Assembly: GCA_019637335.1 (NCBI GenBank)
Contig: JAHBVV010000004.1
Span: 80,471 to 144,470, forward strand
Origin: Candidatus Hydrogenedentota bacterium
Lineage (GTDB): Bacteria; Hydrogenedentota; Hydrogenedentia; Hydrogenedentales; JAEUWI01
DNA: 64,000 nucleotides
Direction: 5' to 3'
How positions within the stretch are numbered: position 1 is the stretch's first letter; every line of letters begins with the position of its first letter. A program made the position numbers and the translations under genes. The notes under the pieces were generated by a model. The model did not search any database and was not told the origin of the DNA. It was given only the letters and a program-made list of their open reading frames with translations. Below are positions 9,345 through 19,752 of this stretch, in pieces.

Positions 9345-10544
9345 TCATGGCCTTCGGGGCCGAAGCGACTGGACGCCGGCGGAACCGAGCGAGCGCCCGG
9401 TGCACAGCGACTGAAAGCCATACCGGCTCCGCACCGCGTCGGCCTGTTCCAACACCCGCTCCCAGTTTCCCGCGCTCACCCCGCCAAACAGCGGTAGCTG
9501 GTGCTGGTTGTAATGCAGTAAATCCAGCCCCACCCCCACCAGGCGAATCCGGTCCCGCCGCGCCCGCGCCGCCGGCGCCAGCTCCCGCAACGCCGCCATC
9601 ACGTGCTGATCGATAGCCGTGGGCTCGGGAAGCGTCCGCGCGAAGGTGCGCGTCTCGAAGCTGCTGTACCGCACTTTCAGGGTTACGCGGCGGGTTTCCA
9701 GCCCCTCCTCGCGAAGCGTGTACATGCAGCGCTCCGCCAGGTAGGCCAGGGTGCGCTCCACCGGCTCCCACCCCGACACATCCTCCGGAAATGTGGTCTC
9801 ACGGCTGATGGATTTCGGGGCGCGGTCCACCTCCACCTCCGAAACGGAGTGGCCGCGCGCCCGGCGTTGCAGGTTGATGGCGGTCTGGATGCCGAAGGCG
9901 CGCTCCAGAACCGCCGTATCCCAGGCGGCCAGCTCCCCCAGCGTGCGTATGCCCAGGCGGGATAACACCTCGCAGGTGCGCGGACCCGCGCCCGGCAACT
10001 TCCGCACGGCCAGCGGAGCCAGAAACGCGGCCTCCCCGCCCGCCTCGACGCGGATATAGCCGTCGGGCTTGCCCTCGTCGGACGCAATCTTGGACACCAG
10101 CTTGTTCGGTGATATGGCGACCGTGCACGGGAGCCCGGTGCGCTCGCGAATCCGGGTCTTGATGAAGTGCGCCACGGCGTCATCGCCCCCAAACAGCCGG
10201 AGAGAACCGGTAACGTCAAGGTAGGCTTCGTCGATGGAGGCCATCTGGACGCGCGGCGTGACTTCCTCCAACACGGCGCGCACCTGTCCCGAGACGGCGC
10301 GGTACAAGGCGTGGTTCCCCCGCATGAACACGCCCTGGGGGCAGCGCTTCCGGGCTTCCGAAAGGGACATCGCGGAGCGGACGCCGAACTGGCGGGCTTC
10401 GTAGGAGGCGGTCGACACCACGCCCCGCCGGTCCTCCCAGGCGCCGCCGATGATGAGGGGGCGTCCCGCCAGGGACGGGTCGCGCACAACTTCGACGGCG
10501 GCGAAGAAGGCGTCCATGTCGATATGGAGTATACGTCGTGTCAT
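9345..10544 (-). CDS. dinB: DNA polymerase IV (Y-family)
   Basis: MTRRILHIDMDAFFAAVE...SIDEAYLDVTG...: canonical DinB motifs. Start chosen at MTRR; the track ORF adds 74 upstream codons. Confidence 0.9.
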   Translation of the reverse strand: MTRRILHIDMDAFFAAVEVVRDPSLAGRPLIIGGAWEDRRGVVSTASYEARQFGVRSAMSLSEARKRCPQGVFMRGNHALYRAVSGQVRAVLEEVTPRVQMASIDEAYLDVTGSLRLFGGDDAVAHFIKTRIRERTGLPCTVAISPNKLVSKIASDEGKPDGYIRVEAGGEAAFLAPLAVRKLPGAGPRTCEVLSRLGIRTLGELAAWDTAVLERAFGIQTAINLQRRARGHSVSEVEVDRAPKSISRETTFPEDVSGWEPVERTLAYLAERCMYTLREEGLETRRVTLKVRYSSFETRTFARTLPEPTAIDQHVMAALRELAPAARARRDRIRLVGVGLDLLHYNQHQLPLFGGVSAGNWERVLEQADAVRSRYGFQSLCTGRSLGSAGVQSLRPRRP

Positions 10545-11001
10545 CTCAGTCGATTTCATCCAGGAAACACTGAACACATAATCACTGAAAATAAGTACAG
10601 TGAAATTGTAGCGCAATTTGCGGAGCGTGTCAACCCCCCTGTTTTGCGCCCCGTAGCGGCCCCGTACCGCCGCGGGTCCAACTTGGCGCTGGCTTGGATA
10701 CCGGTTTGTAGGAGCGGCGCTCGATCCTACCGATTCGTAGGATGGCGGGCGGGGACGCGCAATCACTATTCACACCTTTTCGGGCGGCGCCGACGCCTTT
10801 CGGTGAAAAATCCCCCCGAATTTCGGCCCCGCGCCAGGCCGCATCGGGTGCGCGGACGAAGATGCCCGCGAATGGCATAAAGCTTGCGCTTGGAGCCGTG
10901 TGCCGGGCGGCGGCGGACTTTCCGGAGGCGGTTTTCGGGTTCGCGATGAATAACATTAGACCCCGAACTCGTTAAGCCGATAAATACTTTACAATTAAAA
11001 C

Positions 11002-11017
11002 TGGCACACCGATTGCT
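11002..11017 (+). promoter_or_regulatory. sigma-54 (-24/-12) promoter upstream of amtB-glnK
   Basis: ctGGCACaccgaTTGCt is a perfect TGGCAC-N5-TTGC match, ~80 bp before the amtB start. Confidence 0.6.
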
Positions 11018-11094
11018 AAATCCAGGCGCCGGCGCGTGGCCGGCGGAAACTAAGCCTTTCCAGCTTGGTCCTGGACGGAATGAAAGGAGTACAA

Positions 11095-12483
11095 ATGGGC
11101 ATGGGTAAATTGAAGCACCTGTTGTTGTTTGCCGCGCTGGCGGTGGCCGTGTTCGGCCCGATGCCGGCGCTGATGGCGCAGGAAGAAGCGGTGGCGGTCG
11201 CCGAGGAGATTGCCGGCCCCACGGCCGAGGATGTTCAGACGAACCTGAACATCATCTGGACCTGCGTGGCGGCGTTCCTGGTGTTCTTCATGCAGGCCGG
11301 GTTCGCGATGGTGGAGACCGGCTTCACGCGGGCCAAGAACGTGGTCAATATCATCATGAAGAACATGATGGACTTCTCCATCGGGTCGCTCGCGTTCTTC
11401 ATGATAGGTTTCGGGATCATGTTCGGCGCGAACCCGTCCGGGTGGTTTGGCACGTCGGACTTCTTCCTGGGCGGCGTGGAGTACGGCGACGGCCACGACG
11501 CGCAGTGGCCGTTTACCTTCCTGATCTTTCAGACCGTGTTCGCGGCGACGGCGGCGACGATTGTTTCCGGCGCGATGGCGGAGCGGACGAAGTTCAAGAG
11601 CTACCTGGTGTACAGCGTGCTGATCACCGCGTTCGTGTACCCGGTTTTCGGGAGCTGGGCGTGGAACAGCCTGTATGCATCGGACAGCGCCGGCTGGCTG
11701 GAAGGGCTGGGCTTCCTGGACTTCGCCGGTTCGACGGTGGTGCACTCGGTGGGCGGCTGGCTGGCGCTTGCGGGCGCGATTGTGCTTGGCCCCCGCATCG
11801 GCAAGTATGGCCCCGACGGCAAGGCGCGTGCGATCCCGGGGCACAACATGGCGCTGGGCGCGCTGGGCGTGTTCATCCTGTGGCTCGGCTGGTTCGGGTT
11901 TAATCCGGGCAGCACGACGACGGGCGACGGCATGGTGGGTTACATCGCGGTAACCACGAACCTGGCGGCGGCGGCGGGCGCGGTGGGCGCCATGGTCACC
12001 GCGTGGATTGTGCTGAAGAAGCCGGAAGGTTCGATGACGCTCAACGGCGCGCTGGCCGGTCTGGTTTCGATAACCGCGCCGTGCGACGGGGTCAGCCCGC
12101 TGGCCTCGGTGGCGATTGGCTTCATCGGCGGCGTGATCGTGGTGTTGAGCATCCTGCTGCTGGACAAAAAGCTCAAGATAGACGATCCGGTGGGCTGCAT
12201 CAGCGTGCACGGCGTCTGCGGCGCCTGGGGCACCCTGGCGGCGGGGCTCTGGAATCTGGAGTCGGGCCTGTTTTACGGCCACGGCGCGGCGCAGCTCGGC
12301 GTGCAGGCGATCGGCGTCGTGGCGGGGTTTGTGTGGGCCTTCGGCGCGGGCCTCGTGCTCTTCCTGGCGATCAAGTACACGGTCGGCATCCGGGTGAGCG
12401 AGGAAGAGGAGCTGGCGGGCCTGGACGTGGGCGAGCACGGCATGGAGGCCTACTCCGGCTTCCAGATTTTCAGCAACCAGTAA
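11095..12483 (+). CDS. amtB: ammonium transporter
   Basis: Amt family throughout, with signal peptide [30 protein letters not shown] 6 nt before ATG 11095. Confidence 0.9.
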   Translation: MGMGKLKHLLLFAALAVAVFGPMPALMAQEEAVAVAEEIAGPTAEDVQTNLNIIWTCVAAFLVFFMQAGFAMVETGFTRAKNVVNIIMKNMMDFSIGSLAFFMIGFGIMFGANPSGWFGTSDFFLGGVEYGDGHDAQWPFTFLIFQTVFAATAATIVSGAMAERTKFKSYLVYSVLITAFVYPVFGSWAWNSLYASDSAGWLEGLGFLDFAGSTVVHSVGGWLALAGAIVLGPRIGKYGPDGKARAIPGHNMALGALGVFILWLGWFGFNPGSTTTGDGMVGYIAVTTNLAAAAGAVGAMVTAWIVLKKPEGSMTLNGALAGLVSITAPCDGVSPLASVAIGFIGGVIVVLSILLLDKKLKIDDPVGCISVHGVCGAWGTLAAGLWNLESGLFYGHGAAQLGVQAIGVVAGFVWAFGAGLVLFLAIKYTVGIRVSEEEELAGLDVGEHGMEAYSGFQIFSNQ

Positions 12484-12526
12484 GCCGCCGCGCTCCCATC
12501 ACGTAACCAGACAAGGAAATCGAACG

Positions 12527-12868
12527 ATGAAACTGATTACCGCGTATATACAGCCCGAGAAGCTCAACAACGTCAAACAGGCGCTTTACGAGTCCGGTAT
12601 CACGAAGATGTCCGTCACCAATTCGCTCGGGTGCGGCCAGCAGGGCGGCTACCACGAGTCGTACCGCGGCGTGGATATCGAAGTGAACCTGTTGAAGAAG
12701 ATCCGCCTGGAAATCGCGGTCAACGAGGACTTCGTGAAGCCCACGATCGACGCGATCATCAAGGGGGCCAAGTCGGGCAAGATTGGTGATGGAAAGATCT
12801 TCATCACCCCGCTCGACGAATGTGTCCGAATCCGAACCGGCGAGACGGGCATGGCGGCCATCGGCTAG
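12527..12868 (+). CDS. glnK: nitrogen regulatory protein P-II
   Basis: [20 protein letters not shown]...[23 protein letters not shown]. 112 aa, directly after amtB. Confidence 0.9.
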   Translation: MKLITAYIQPEKLNNVKQALYESGITKMSVTNSLGCGQQGGYHESYRGVDIEVNLLKKIRLEIAVNEDFVKPTIDAIIKGAKSGKIGDGKIFITPLDECVRIRTGETGMAAIG

Positions 12869-12966
12869 CGCCCTCCACAACGGCTCTCCAAGGGAGCGTC
12901 CCCCAGGCGCTCCCCCCATTGCCCAGGGGCGGTCTCCTTACGGAGGCCGCCCCGCGGGCATATCGG

Positions 12967-13008
12967 GCGGGCGGTGTCCTTCCCCACCGCCCGCCGCGTT
13001 TTTTTGTA
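12967..13008 (+). terminator. rho-independent terminator after glnK
   Basis: ggcgggcggtg-tccttcccc-caccgcccgcc followed by gcgttttttt. Confidence 0.7.
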
Positions 13009-13059
13009 ACACGTTAGCGGTCTGAAGTGCGGAGCAGTTTGTGTTTTTACTAATTGAGC

Positions 13060-13480
13060 CAGTGTGCATGGCGGGCCGCCGGCGCGATCTGCCGGCGGGC
13101 CGCCGGCGCTCCATAGGTGTTATTGCGCCGGTGGCGCAATCTGCCGGCGGGCCGCCGGCGCTCCTTAGGTGTATTGCGCCGGTGACGCAATCTGCCGACG
13201 GGCCGCCGGCGCTCCATAGCTTTATTGCGCCGGTGGCGCAATCTGCCGGCGCGCCGGCGGCGCTCCATAGCTTTATTGCGCCGGTGGCGCAATCTGCCGG
13301 CGGGCCGGCGGCGCTCCATAGGTGTATTGCGCCGGTGGCGCAATCTGCCGGCGCGCCGGCGGCGCTCCATAGGTGTATTGCGCCGGTGGCGCAATCTGCC
13401 GGCGGGCCGCCGGCGCTCCATAGCTTTATTGCGCCGGTGGCGCAATCTGCCGGCGGGCCGCCGGCGCTCCATAGTCCTTA
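13060..13480. repeat. REP/BIME-like tandem array, ~51-bp unit x ~8-9, two palindromes per unit
   Basis: Unit ...ggcgctccatagNtttattgcgccggtggcgcaatctgccggcgggccgcc... Contains hairpins ttgcgcc-ggt-ggcgcaa and gccggcg-ggc-cgccggc. ORFs 13041..13571(+) and 13050..13472(-) are translations of the array. Confidence 0.8.
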
Positions 13481-13539
13481 TTCCGCAAGTCGCTCTGGAT
13501 TGGCCACGCTACGTCGTTCGGCTGAAGTGATACGTTTTT

Positions 13540-14373
13540 TTATCGGCGATTTCGGAACTGGCCGGGCGTGACGCCGGAGAACTTCTTGAAGGCCATGGCG
13601 AAAGCGAACTGGTTGCTGTAGCCCACGAGGTCGGCGATGACGCCGATGGGCACATCGTGCATGATCAGGAGTTCCTGGGCGCGCTCCATCCGGAGCCGGG
13701 TGACCATTTTCATGGGCGATGTGTTCTGGGTTTCCCGCACGAGCCGGTGGAAGTGCGATGTTGAGAGCCCCATTTCGTGGGCCAGGCTCTCGACGGTCCA
13801 GGGCCGCTTCAGATCTTTGCTGACCTTGTCCCAGGTGTGGTTGAGCAGGTTCTGCAGGTCCGTGTCCGCCTCTTCGTCGTGCGCGCCCAGCTCGCGGTGG
13901 ATGTACAGGGCGATCAGCTCGATGTAGAGCGCCGCCGCCTTTTGCGCGGTGGGGCCGCGGCCGCGCGATTCGCGCAGGAAATCCACGGTAAGGCGTTCAA
14001 GCGGCGGCGTCATCACGGTCTTTCGAACCGTCACGGGCCGGGCATGAAGATGCCGCCAGCGTTCCGTGTCGGGCAGGTGAAACCAGATGAAGCGCCAGCG
14101 ATCGGTCCGGGGTTGGTATCCGAACGGCGCGCCCGCCTGCACGATCAGGAGTTGTTCGCGGGCAATCTCCCACTCACGGCTCGCGTTGTACACCTCGCCC
14201 TCCCCCTCAAGGGAATAGAGCAGCAGATGGAATCGCGGCGAACGGCGCTCCAGATGGTAGCCCGTGAAGGCTTCGGTTATGCCCGCTTCGGCGATGTCGG
14301 CCGCCCCTTCTCCGCTGGCCGACTTCGCGCGCCACGGAAAGAAGTGCTCCTGGCAGCGGGGCGACCACTGCAT
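13540..14373 (-). CDS. AraC-family transcriptional regulator
   Basis: C-terminal AraC HTH (TWTVESLAHEMGLSTSHFHRLVRETQNTSPMKMVTRLRMERAQELL...GYSNQFAFAMAFKKFSGVTPGQFR). Cupin-like N-terminal half. Confidence 0.8.
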   Translation of the reverse strand: MQWSPRCQEHFFPWRAKSASGEGAADIAEAGITEAFTGYHLERRSPRFHLLLYSLEGEGEVYNASREWEIAREQLLIVQAGAPFGYQPRTDRWRFIWFHLPDTERWRHLHARPVTVRKTVMTPPLERLTVDFLRESRGRGPTAQKAAALYIELIALYIHRELGAHDEEADTDLQNLLNHTWDKVSKDLKRPWTVESLAHEMGLSTSHFHRLVRETQNTSPMKMVTRLRMERAQELLIMHDVPIGVIADLVGYSNQFAFAMAFKKFSGVTPGQFRNRR

Positions 14374-14795
14374 GATATCACCGATGGCGCGGGGTCTGGG
14401 CGGTGGAGTCACGGCTGTTGCTCCCGGTTTCTAAGGGTGTGTCCCAGGGGATAAAACGTCATGGTTTCTTGCATTCCTGCCGAAATTGGAACAGTCGGGT
14501 CGCCGGGGCGCTCGCCATCTGCAACGTTCTGGCATTTATTGATTTGCGCCTCGATTGGCCATCCAGAACGGGGTGTCAGTGGCCGGTCTCGATGGTAGTT
14601 TTACAAATATACAAAGTAGCTCTGCCAATTGCAAGGATCCGTAGTGGAGCGTAGATTAAGGAAGTATTATGAATGCGTGTCCGGGCTGTTTCGAATTGGT
14701 CACGGAATTCCGGATACGCAATAATTGGAGACGCGTTGGAAACGCAGTGGCGGCGCGCCTCGAACCGGAATACGTAAGGGAAAGGAAAGAGAGTC

Positions 14796-15803
14796 ATGAG
14801 GAGAAAAGGTTTTACGCTTATTGAATTGCTGGTGGTCATCGCCATCATCGGCATTCTGGCGGCCATCCTGTTGCCGGCCCTGGCGCGCGCGCGCGAGGCC
14901 GCACGGCGGGCCAGTTGCCAGAACAACCTCAAGCAGTGGGGCCTGGTGCTCAAGATGTACGCCAACGAGTCCCAGGGGGAAAAGTGGCCGGATATCGACT
15001 ACTGGAGCATCAAGGATGCGAGCTTCATTGCGAGCCTCGCGCCGAACTTCACCGTGTGGCCGATGGGCCAGGGCCCGCGCGGGATCGCGATTTATCCGGA
15101 TTACCTGACGGATCTGAACATCAATAAGTGCCCGAGCTCCGGGAATCGCACGGGCTGGGCCGGCTGGACCCTCCCCTATCCCGAGGGCGAATCGGCGGAA
15201 CACTGCCACGAGGAGAACAGCTGGTTTCTCACGGTGGTGGACGACGCCACGGGCGAAGTCGGCACTGTCGACTGGGGTAACCCCAACAGCCCCTGCAACA
15301 ACGGCCGCTACTTCGTGAACAACTACCCCGGCTACATGTACCTGTCCAAACTCTTCCGGCCCGAATGGTTCAACGACGCGAACAACTGCCTGTACATTCA
15401 CGACGTGCTTGACGACGATGTGCCGACGGTCACCCGAATCGGCAGCTGGATCGACAAGGACGCGCGGCTGACACTGCCGACGCCGCTGGCGGACGGCACA
15501 ACCAGCGTGACCGCGCTGCACCTCCGCGAAGGTGTTGAGCGCTTCATGATCACGGATATCAACAACCCCGGCGCCTCCGCCAAGGCCCAGAGCGAGGTTC
15601 CGGTCATGCTTGACCGCGCCGCGTCCAACAACAACGGGCGAATCAGCAGCGCCTCCTTCACGCACGTGCCGGGCGGCGCCAACATCCTGTACATGGACGG
15701 GCATGCCCGCTTTGTAAGATACCCGGCCACGCAGGCCAACGAATTCCCCCTCTCGGAGAATTTTGTTCGCTACGTAAGCGTGAACGTGGGCACGGCTGGC
15801 TGA
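14796..15803 (+). CDS. DUF1559 / H-X9-DG protein with prepilin-type N-terminal cleavage-methylation domain
   Basis: [47 protein letters not shown], then C-terminal DGHARFV. Family hallmark of Planctomycetota. Confidence 0.85.
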   Translation: MRRKGFTLIELLVVIAIIGILAAILLPALARAREAARRASCQNNLKQWGLVLKMYANESQGEKWPDIDYWSIKDASFIASLAPNFTVWPMGQGPRGIAIYPDYLTDLNINKCPSSGNRTGWAGWTLPYPEGESAEHCHEENSWFLTVVDDATGEVGTVDWGNPNSPCNNGRYFVNNYPGYMYLSKLFRPEWFNDANNCLYIHDVLDDDVPTVTRIGSWIDKDARLTLPTPLADGTTSVTALHLREGVERFMITDINNPGASAKAQSEVPVMLDRAASNNNGRISSASFTHVPGGANILYMDGHARFVRYPATQANEFPLSENFVRYVSVNVGTAG

Positions 15804-15824
15804 TACGCGGCAGGATCGCATTGC

Positions 15825-15875
15825 TTCCCGTATGGCGCGGGAGACCCTGGTTGGCAGGGTCTCCCGCGCGTTTTT
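15825..15875 (+). terminator. rho-independent terminator
   Basis: gcgcgggagaccctg-gttgg-cagggtctcccgcgc + T9. Confidence 0.75.
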
Positions 15876-15904
15876 TTTTGGGGTGAAGTTCTGATAGTGC
15901 CGCG

Positions 15905-16050
15905 TCCGGACTGTGGGGTAGCATTTTAGCGGTCTGACGTGCGAAACAGTATGTGTTATTACGAGTGGAGTTGGTGGGCATGGAGCGCCGGCAGGGCGCC
16001 CGCGCTCCATGGTTGAATCAGCCGGCGGGCCGCCGGCGCTCTCATTGGTC
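15905..16050. repeat. REP-like element: conserved 5' motif plus GC-rich hairpins, partial copy of the 13.0-kb and 47.5-kb family
   Basis: tagcattttagcggtctgacgtgcgaaacagtatgtgtt...ggcgggccgccggcgctc. Confidence 0.4.
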
Positions 16051-16270
16051 CGCGCTTCCTTTGTGATGCCGGGCTCGTTGGGAGATGCCGGCTCCCATTG
16101 CCGCGGACACGAATGTCCGCGATCCTTTGATTCACGCTCTCTTGTCCGAGACATGCTTTCACGCCGGGGGGCTTCATTCCGCCAATGTGTTACTTCCTGT
16201 TTATTGTTGGAACTGCTCCCCTTCTTTATGGGCGGTGTTGGGGCGCGGGGGCCCGGCCGACGATCCGGGG

Positions 16271-16299
16271 CTTGACAACGGGGGAGATAATCCCTATAA
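16271..16299 (+). promoter_or_regulatory. consensus sigma70 promoter with overlapping imperfect palindrome, candidate Rrf2 operator
   Basis: TTGACA-N17-TATAAT exactly. taattccgctaggaattta dyad between -10 and the ATG at 16321. Confidence 0.55.
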
Positions 16300-16320
16300 T
16301 TCCGCTAGGAATTTATTATT

Positions 16321-16794
16321 ATGTTTTCATCGCGCGCACGATACGGTTTGAAGGCCATGGCGGTGCTGGCGGCCCGGCACGCCGCCGACACCCTCGTGTC
16401 CGCGGACGAGATCGTGGCGACCGAGCACATTCCCGCCAAGTACCTGGAGAGCATTCTGACGGCGCTTCGCAAGCGGGGCCTGCTGGTCAGCCGCCGGGGC
16501 CCGGCCGGCGGCTACCGCCTGGCGCGCCCGCCCGAGGAGATATCGCTTGCGGACGTGGTTCGGACGCTGGATGGGGCCTTCGCCCCCACCACCTGCGCCC
16601 GCACCCGGAATCCGGTGTGCTGCGAGGGCTGCGACGACATGGCGTCGTGCTATATCCGGCCCTTCATGCGCCGGGTGCGCGACGAGATGGCCAAGGTGCT
16701 CGAAGGGCAGACGGTGGCGGATTTGTGCGCGTCGTATTGTTTGCCCGGCGACGAGTCCGATGCGGCGAAGGCGCGGCGCCGCCGGCCAAACTGA
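16321..16794 (+). CDS. Rrf2-family transcriptional regulator (IscR/CymR/NsrR-like)
   Basis: MFSSRARYGLKAMAVLA...ADEIVATEHIPAKYLESILTALRKRGLLVSRRGPAGGYRLARPPEEISLADVV. Confidence 0.85.
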   Translation: MFSSRARYGLKAMAVLAARHAADTLVSADEIVATEHIPAKYLESILTALRKRGLLVSRRGPAGGYRLARPPEEISLADVVRTLDGAFAPTTCARTRNPVCCEGCDDMASCYIRPFMRRVRDEMAKVLEGQTVADLCASYCLPGDESDAAKARRRRPN

Positions 16795-16836
16795 AGACCG
16801 AAACTGAACTGAGCAGGCAATGTGGAGAACGCGGGA

Positions 16837-18627
16837 ATGACATGGGAAGCGCTGTTAACGATCGGCGTGGTGGCCGGCGTGCTGGTCTCGTTGATACGCA
16901 ATGTGGCTTCGCCGGCGTTCATACTGTTGGCGGCCATCGGCGTAATCATGACCGCGCAGGCCTTGAGCGGGACGGATCGGCTGCCGGGGGCCGACGCGGC
17001 GGTGGCCGGCTTCGGGAACTCGGGCCTTATTACGGTGGGGCTGCTCTTCGTCGTGGTGGCGGGGCTCGTGCATACGGGCGCCCTGGACCGGTTTGCGAGC
17101 CCGCTGCTTGGGCAGCCGCGGACGGTTCGTGGGGCGCAGGCGCGATTGCTCCCGCTGGCATGCGGGCTGAGCGGCTTTTTGAATAATACGCCGCTGGTGG
17201 CGATGTTCATCCCCGTGGTGAAGGATTTGAGCAAGCGCACGCGCATTCCCGCCTCGAAACTGTTGCTTCCGCTTTCCTACGCGACGATATTCGGCGGGAC
17301 CTGCACGATCATCGGCACCAGCACGAACCTGGTGGTTAATGGATTGGTCTCGAAGACGCCCGGGCTGACGCCGCTGGGCTTCTTCGAGATTGCGTGGGTC
17401 GGCTTGCCGGTCGCGGTCGTGGGCCTGTTGTACGTGCTCCTCGTCTCCGACCGGCTCCTGCCCGGGCGGGATGCCGCGATCGATCTCGGCGAGGACCCTC
17501 GCCGCTACACTGCGGAAGTGCGGGTGGCGCCGGGCGGGCCGATGGTCGGCAAGTCCATCGAAAAGGCGGGCCTGCGCCACCTGCCCGGGCTGTTCCTGGC
17601 GGAAATTGAGCGCGGCGGCCGGATCCTCCCGGCCGTGGCGCCCAACGAAGTGCTCCAGGCGGACGATGGGCTCGTATTTGTCGGCGTCGTGGATTCGGTC
17701 ACGGATCTGCACCGCATGCCGGGCATCGTGCCCGCGACGAACCAGGTATTCAAATTGAAGGCGCCCCGCGAGCAGCGCTGCCTGGTGGAAGCGGTCGTTT
17801 CGCCCGCGTGCCCCCTGGTGGGCCGCAGTATCCGCGAGGGGCGCTTCCGCGACCGGTATGAGGCGGCGGTGCTGGCGGTGGGGCGCGGCGGCGACCGGCT
17901 GACCGGCAAACTGGGCGATATTGTGCTCCAGGCGGGCGACACGCTCCTGCTGGAGAGCCACGCCTCCTTTCCGGAGCGCTATGGAAACTCGCGGCACTTT
18001 TACCTCGTAAGCAGCATCGACAATTCGGCCCCACGCCGGCACGAACGGGCGTGGGTCGCGATCATCATCCTGGTTGCGATGATCGCGGCGGCGGCCAGCG
18101 GCGTGCTGACCATGCTCAACGCGGCGCTGCTGGCCGGCGGGCTCATGATGCTGGCGGGCTGCTGCACGGGCTCGGAAGCGCAGCGCGGCATCGAGTGGCC
18201 CGTCCTGATTGTCATCGGCGCGGCCCTGGGCCTGGGCGACGCGCTCGACCGGAGCGGCGCCGCGAGTTTTATTGCCGAAGGCCTCATCGGGCTGGCGGGC
18301 GGCAATCCCTGGCTGGTATTGCTTATCGTCGTGATCGTAACCTCGTTCTTCACGGAACTGATCACCAACAACGCGGCGGCGGTGCTGGTCTTTCCGATAT
18401 CGCTGTCCGCAGTGGAGGCGATGAACGTCAATCCCACGCCGTTTATCGTGGCGATTATGGTGGCCGCATCGGCCAGTTTCGCCACGCCCTTCGGCTACCA
18501 GACCAATCTCATGGTATACGGCCCGGGCGGCTACCGGTTTGCGGACTACCTGCGCATCGGCATCCCCCTCAATGTGCTGATGATGATTCTGGTCACCTTG
18601 CTGGCGCCGCTGGTCTGGGGATTTTGA
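16837..18627 (+). CDS. SLC13/DASS-family anion permease with two central TrkA-C domains
   Basis: N- and C-terminal transporter halves flank two TrkA-C-like segments (PGGPMVGKSIEKAGLRH..., SPACPLVGRSIREGRFRDRY...). Start MTWEALL. Confidence 0.8.
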   Translation: MTWEALLTIGVVAGVLVSLIRNVASPAFILLAAIGVIMTAQALSGTDRLPGADAAVAGFGNSGLITVGLLFVVVAGLVHTGALDRFASPLLGQPRTVRGAQARLLPLACGLSGFLNNTPLVAMFIPVVKDLSKRTRIPASKLLLPLSYATIFGGTCTIIGTSTNLVVNGLVSKTPGLTPLGFFEIAWVGLPVAVVGLLYVLLVSDRLLPGRDAAIDLGEDPRRYTAEVRVAPGGPMVGKSIEKAGLRHLPGLFLAEIERGGRILPAVAPNEVLQADDGLVFVGVVDSVTDLHRMPGIVPATNQVFKLKAPREQRCLVEAVVSPACPLVGRSIREGRFRDRYEAAVLAVGRGGDRLTGKLGDIVLQAGDTLLLESHASFPERYGNSRHFYLVSSIDNSAPRRHERAWVAIIILVAMIAAAASGVLTMLNAALLAGGLMMLAGCCTGSEAQRGIEWPVLIVIGAALGLGDALDRSGAASFIAEGLIGLAGGNPWLVLLIVVIVTSFFTELITNNAAAVLVFPISLSAVEAMNVNPTPFIVAIMVAASASFATPFGYQTNLMVYGPGGYRFADYLRIGIPLNVLMMILVTLLAPLVWGF

Positions 18628-18757
18628 GTTCCGCCGCCGGCTGGCGCCGCAGGGAAACCCGCGGGCCGCGCGGTGCGTCCAACATTGCGTTCCGCGACAC
18701 CAACCGTCATTATGGCACGGGCAATTCGGCAGCAAATGGCGACGCCAGGACCCCGAT

Positions 18758-19264
18758 ATGATTGAAAAGATCCTGAAAGAGCAGAAACGAATGAAGAAGA
18801 GACTGCGGGAGACCTATGTGTACCGCGTCTTCGGCGAAAAGCTCTTTCACAGCCGGCTCTGGGTGCATGATCAGCGCGCGATCGCGGGCGGGCTCGCGCT
18901 GGGGATGTTTATCGCTTTCACACCCACCATCCCCCTCCAAATGCTCCTTGCGGCGTGCGGCGCGCTCTACTTTCGCCTGAACCTCCCCATCGCGCTGGCC
19001 GCATGCTGGGTCACGAACCCGGTAACCATGGCGCCAATCTACATGACCGCATGGAAGGTCGGGCGCTATATCCTTGAGGAAGTGGCCTTTGTGGAGGATA
19101 CCTTCGATCTTTTTTCGCAGCGCACGCGTATTGGCAGCATTATACGCCACAGCGCGTACCTGTGGACCGGTTCCCTGATCCTGGCCACCTGTGTCGCCAC
19201 GCTCTCCTATATCGTCGCCCGGCTGGCCTGGGGTCTGGGAGAGCGGATCTTCGCGCGGCGCTGA
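18758..19264 (+). CDS. DUF2062 domain membrane protein
   Basis: WVHDQRAIAGGLALGMFIAFTP...LAACWVTNPVTMAPIY pattern. Confidence 0.65.
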   Translation: MIEKILKEQKRMKKRLRETYVYRVFGEKLFHSRLWVHDQRAIAGGLALGMFIAFTPTIPLQMLLAACGALYFRLNLPIALAACWVTNPVTMAPIYMTAWKVGRYILEEVAFVEDTFDLFSQRTRIGSIIRHSAYLWTGSLILATCVATLSYIVARLAWGLGERIFARR

Positions 19265-19341
19265 GCGATCGGATCGATCGCCGCTTGACGCCGCCGTGCG
19301 CGCGTATTAAGATTGCCGAAGGGGGCGCGGAGGTCCATGCC

Positions 19342-19590
19342 ATGTACTGGGCGCAAACGGATTCCTGGTATCTCGAACGGATTATCTGGCTGGTGGCGGG
19401 CAGCTTCACGCTGGCCGGCACGCTGCTGGCCTGGCTGGTCAGCCCGTGGTGGCTCCTGCTTACCGGGCTGGTCGGGGTGAACCTGCTGATATTCGCCTTT
19501 ACCGGCTTCTGCATCATGGCGAATATCCTTACGGCGCTCGGGGCCCGATCCCGCGTGCCCGGCGCGCCGTCACCGTTGGGTGAAGAATAG
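19342..19590 (+). CDS. DUF2892 (YgaP-like) small membrane protein
   Basis: Start MYWAQTDSWYLERIIWLVAG... with GGAGG RBS. Contains the FTGFCIMANILTALG motif. The track ORF 19162..19590 begins in an upstream overlap. Confidence 0.55.
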   Translation: MYWAQTDSWYLERIIWLVAGSFTLAGTLLAWLVSPWWLLLTGLVGVNLLIFAFTGFCIMANILTALGARSRVPGAPSPLGEE

Positions 19591-19752
19591 CGCGCGCCCG
19601 GGACCCGCGCGGCCCGGCGTTCATTCCAACGAATAGTTTTCGGGCTCGGGCGGTATATCCTCCATCCGGCGCGCTATGCTTTTACGGCGGCCCGTGCTAC
19701 ACTACCCCGAACGAGGAACGGGCCACCCCCGATGGCGGCCCTTGCAGGAGGA

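Noticed and set aside
13041-13571. ORFs of 176, 140 and 101 aa and possible CRISPR
   Set aside because: They are a 51-bp palindromic REP-like tandem array with no spacers. Reading frames are open on both strands only because of the repetition.
14700-16154. 484-aa - strand ORF
   Set aside because: It is antisense to the DUF1559 gene and runs through a terminator and REP element. Not plausible.
16855-18735. 626-aa - strand ORF
   Set aside because: It is antisense to the SLC13 transporter gene. Arg/His/Gln-rich nonsense composition.
19591-19752. sigma-54 promoter upstream of pspA, by analogy with the E. coli psp operon
   Set aside because: No TGGCAC-N5-TTGC match with correct spacing. The only GG...GC pair has 3-nt spacing.
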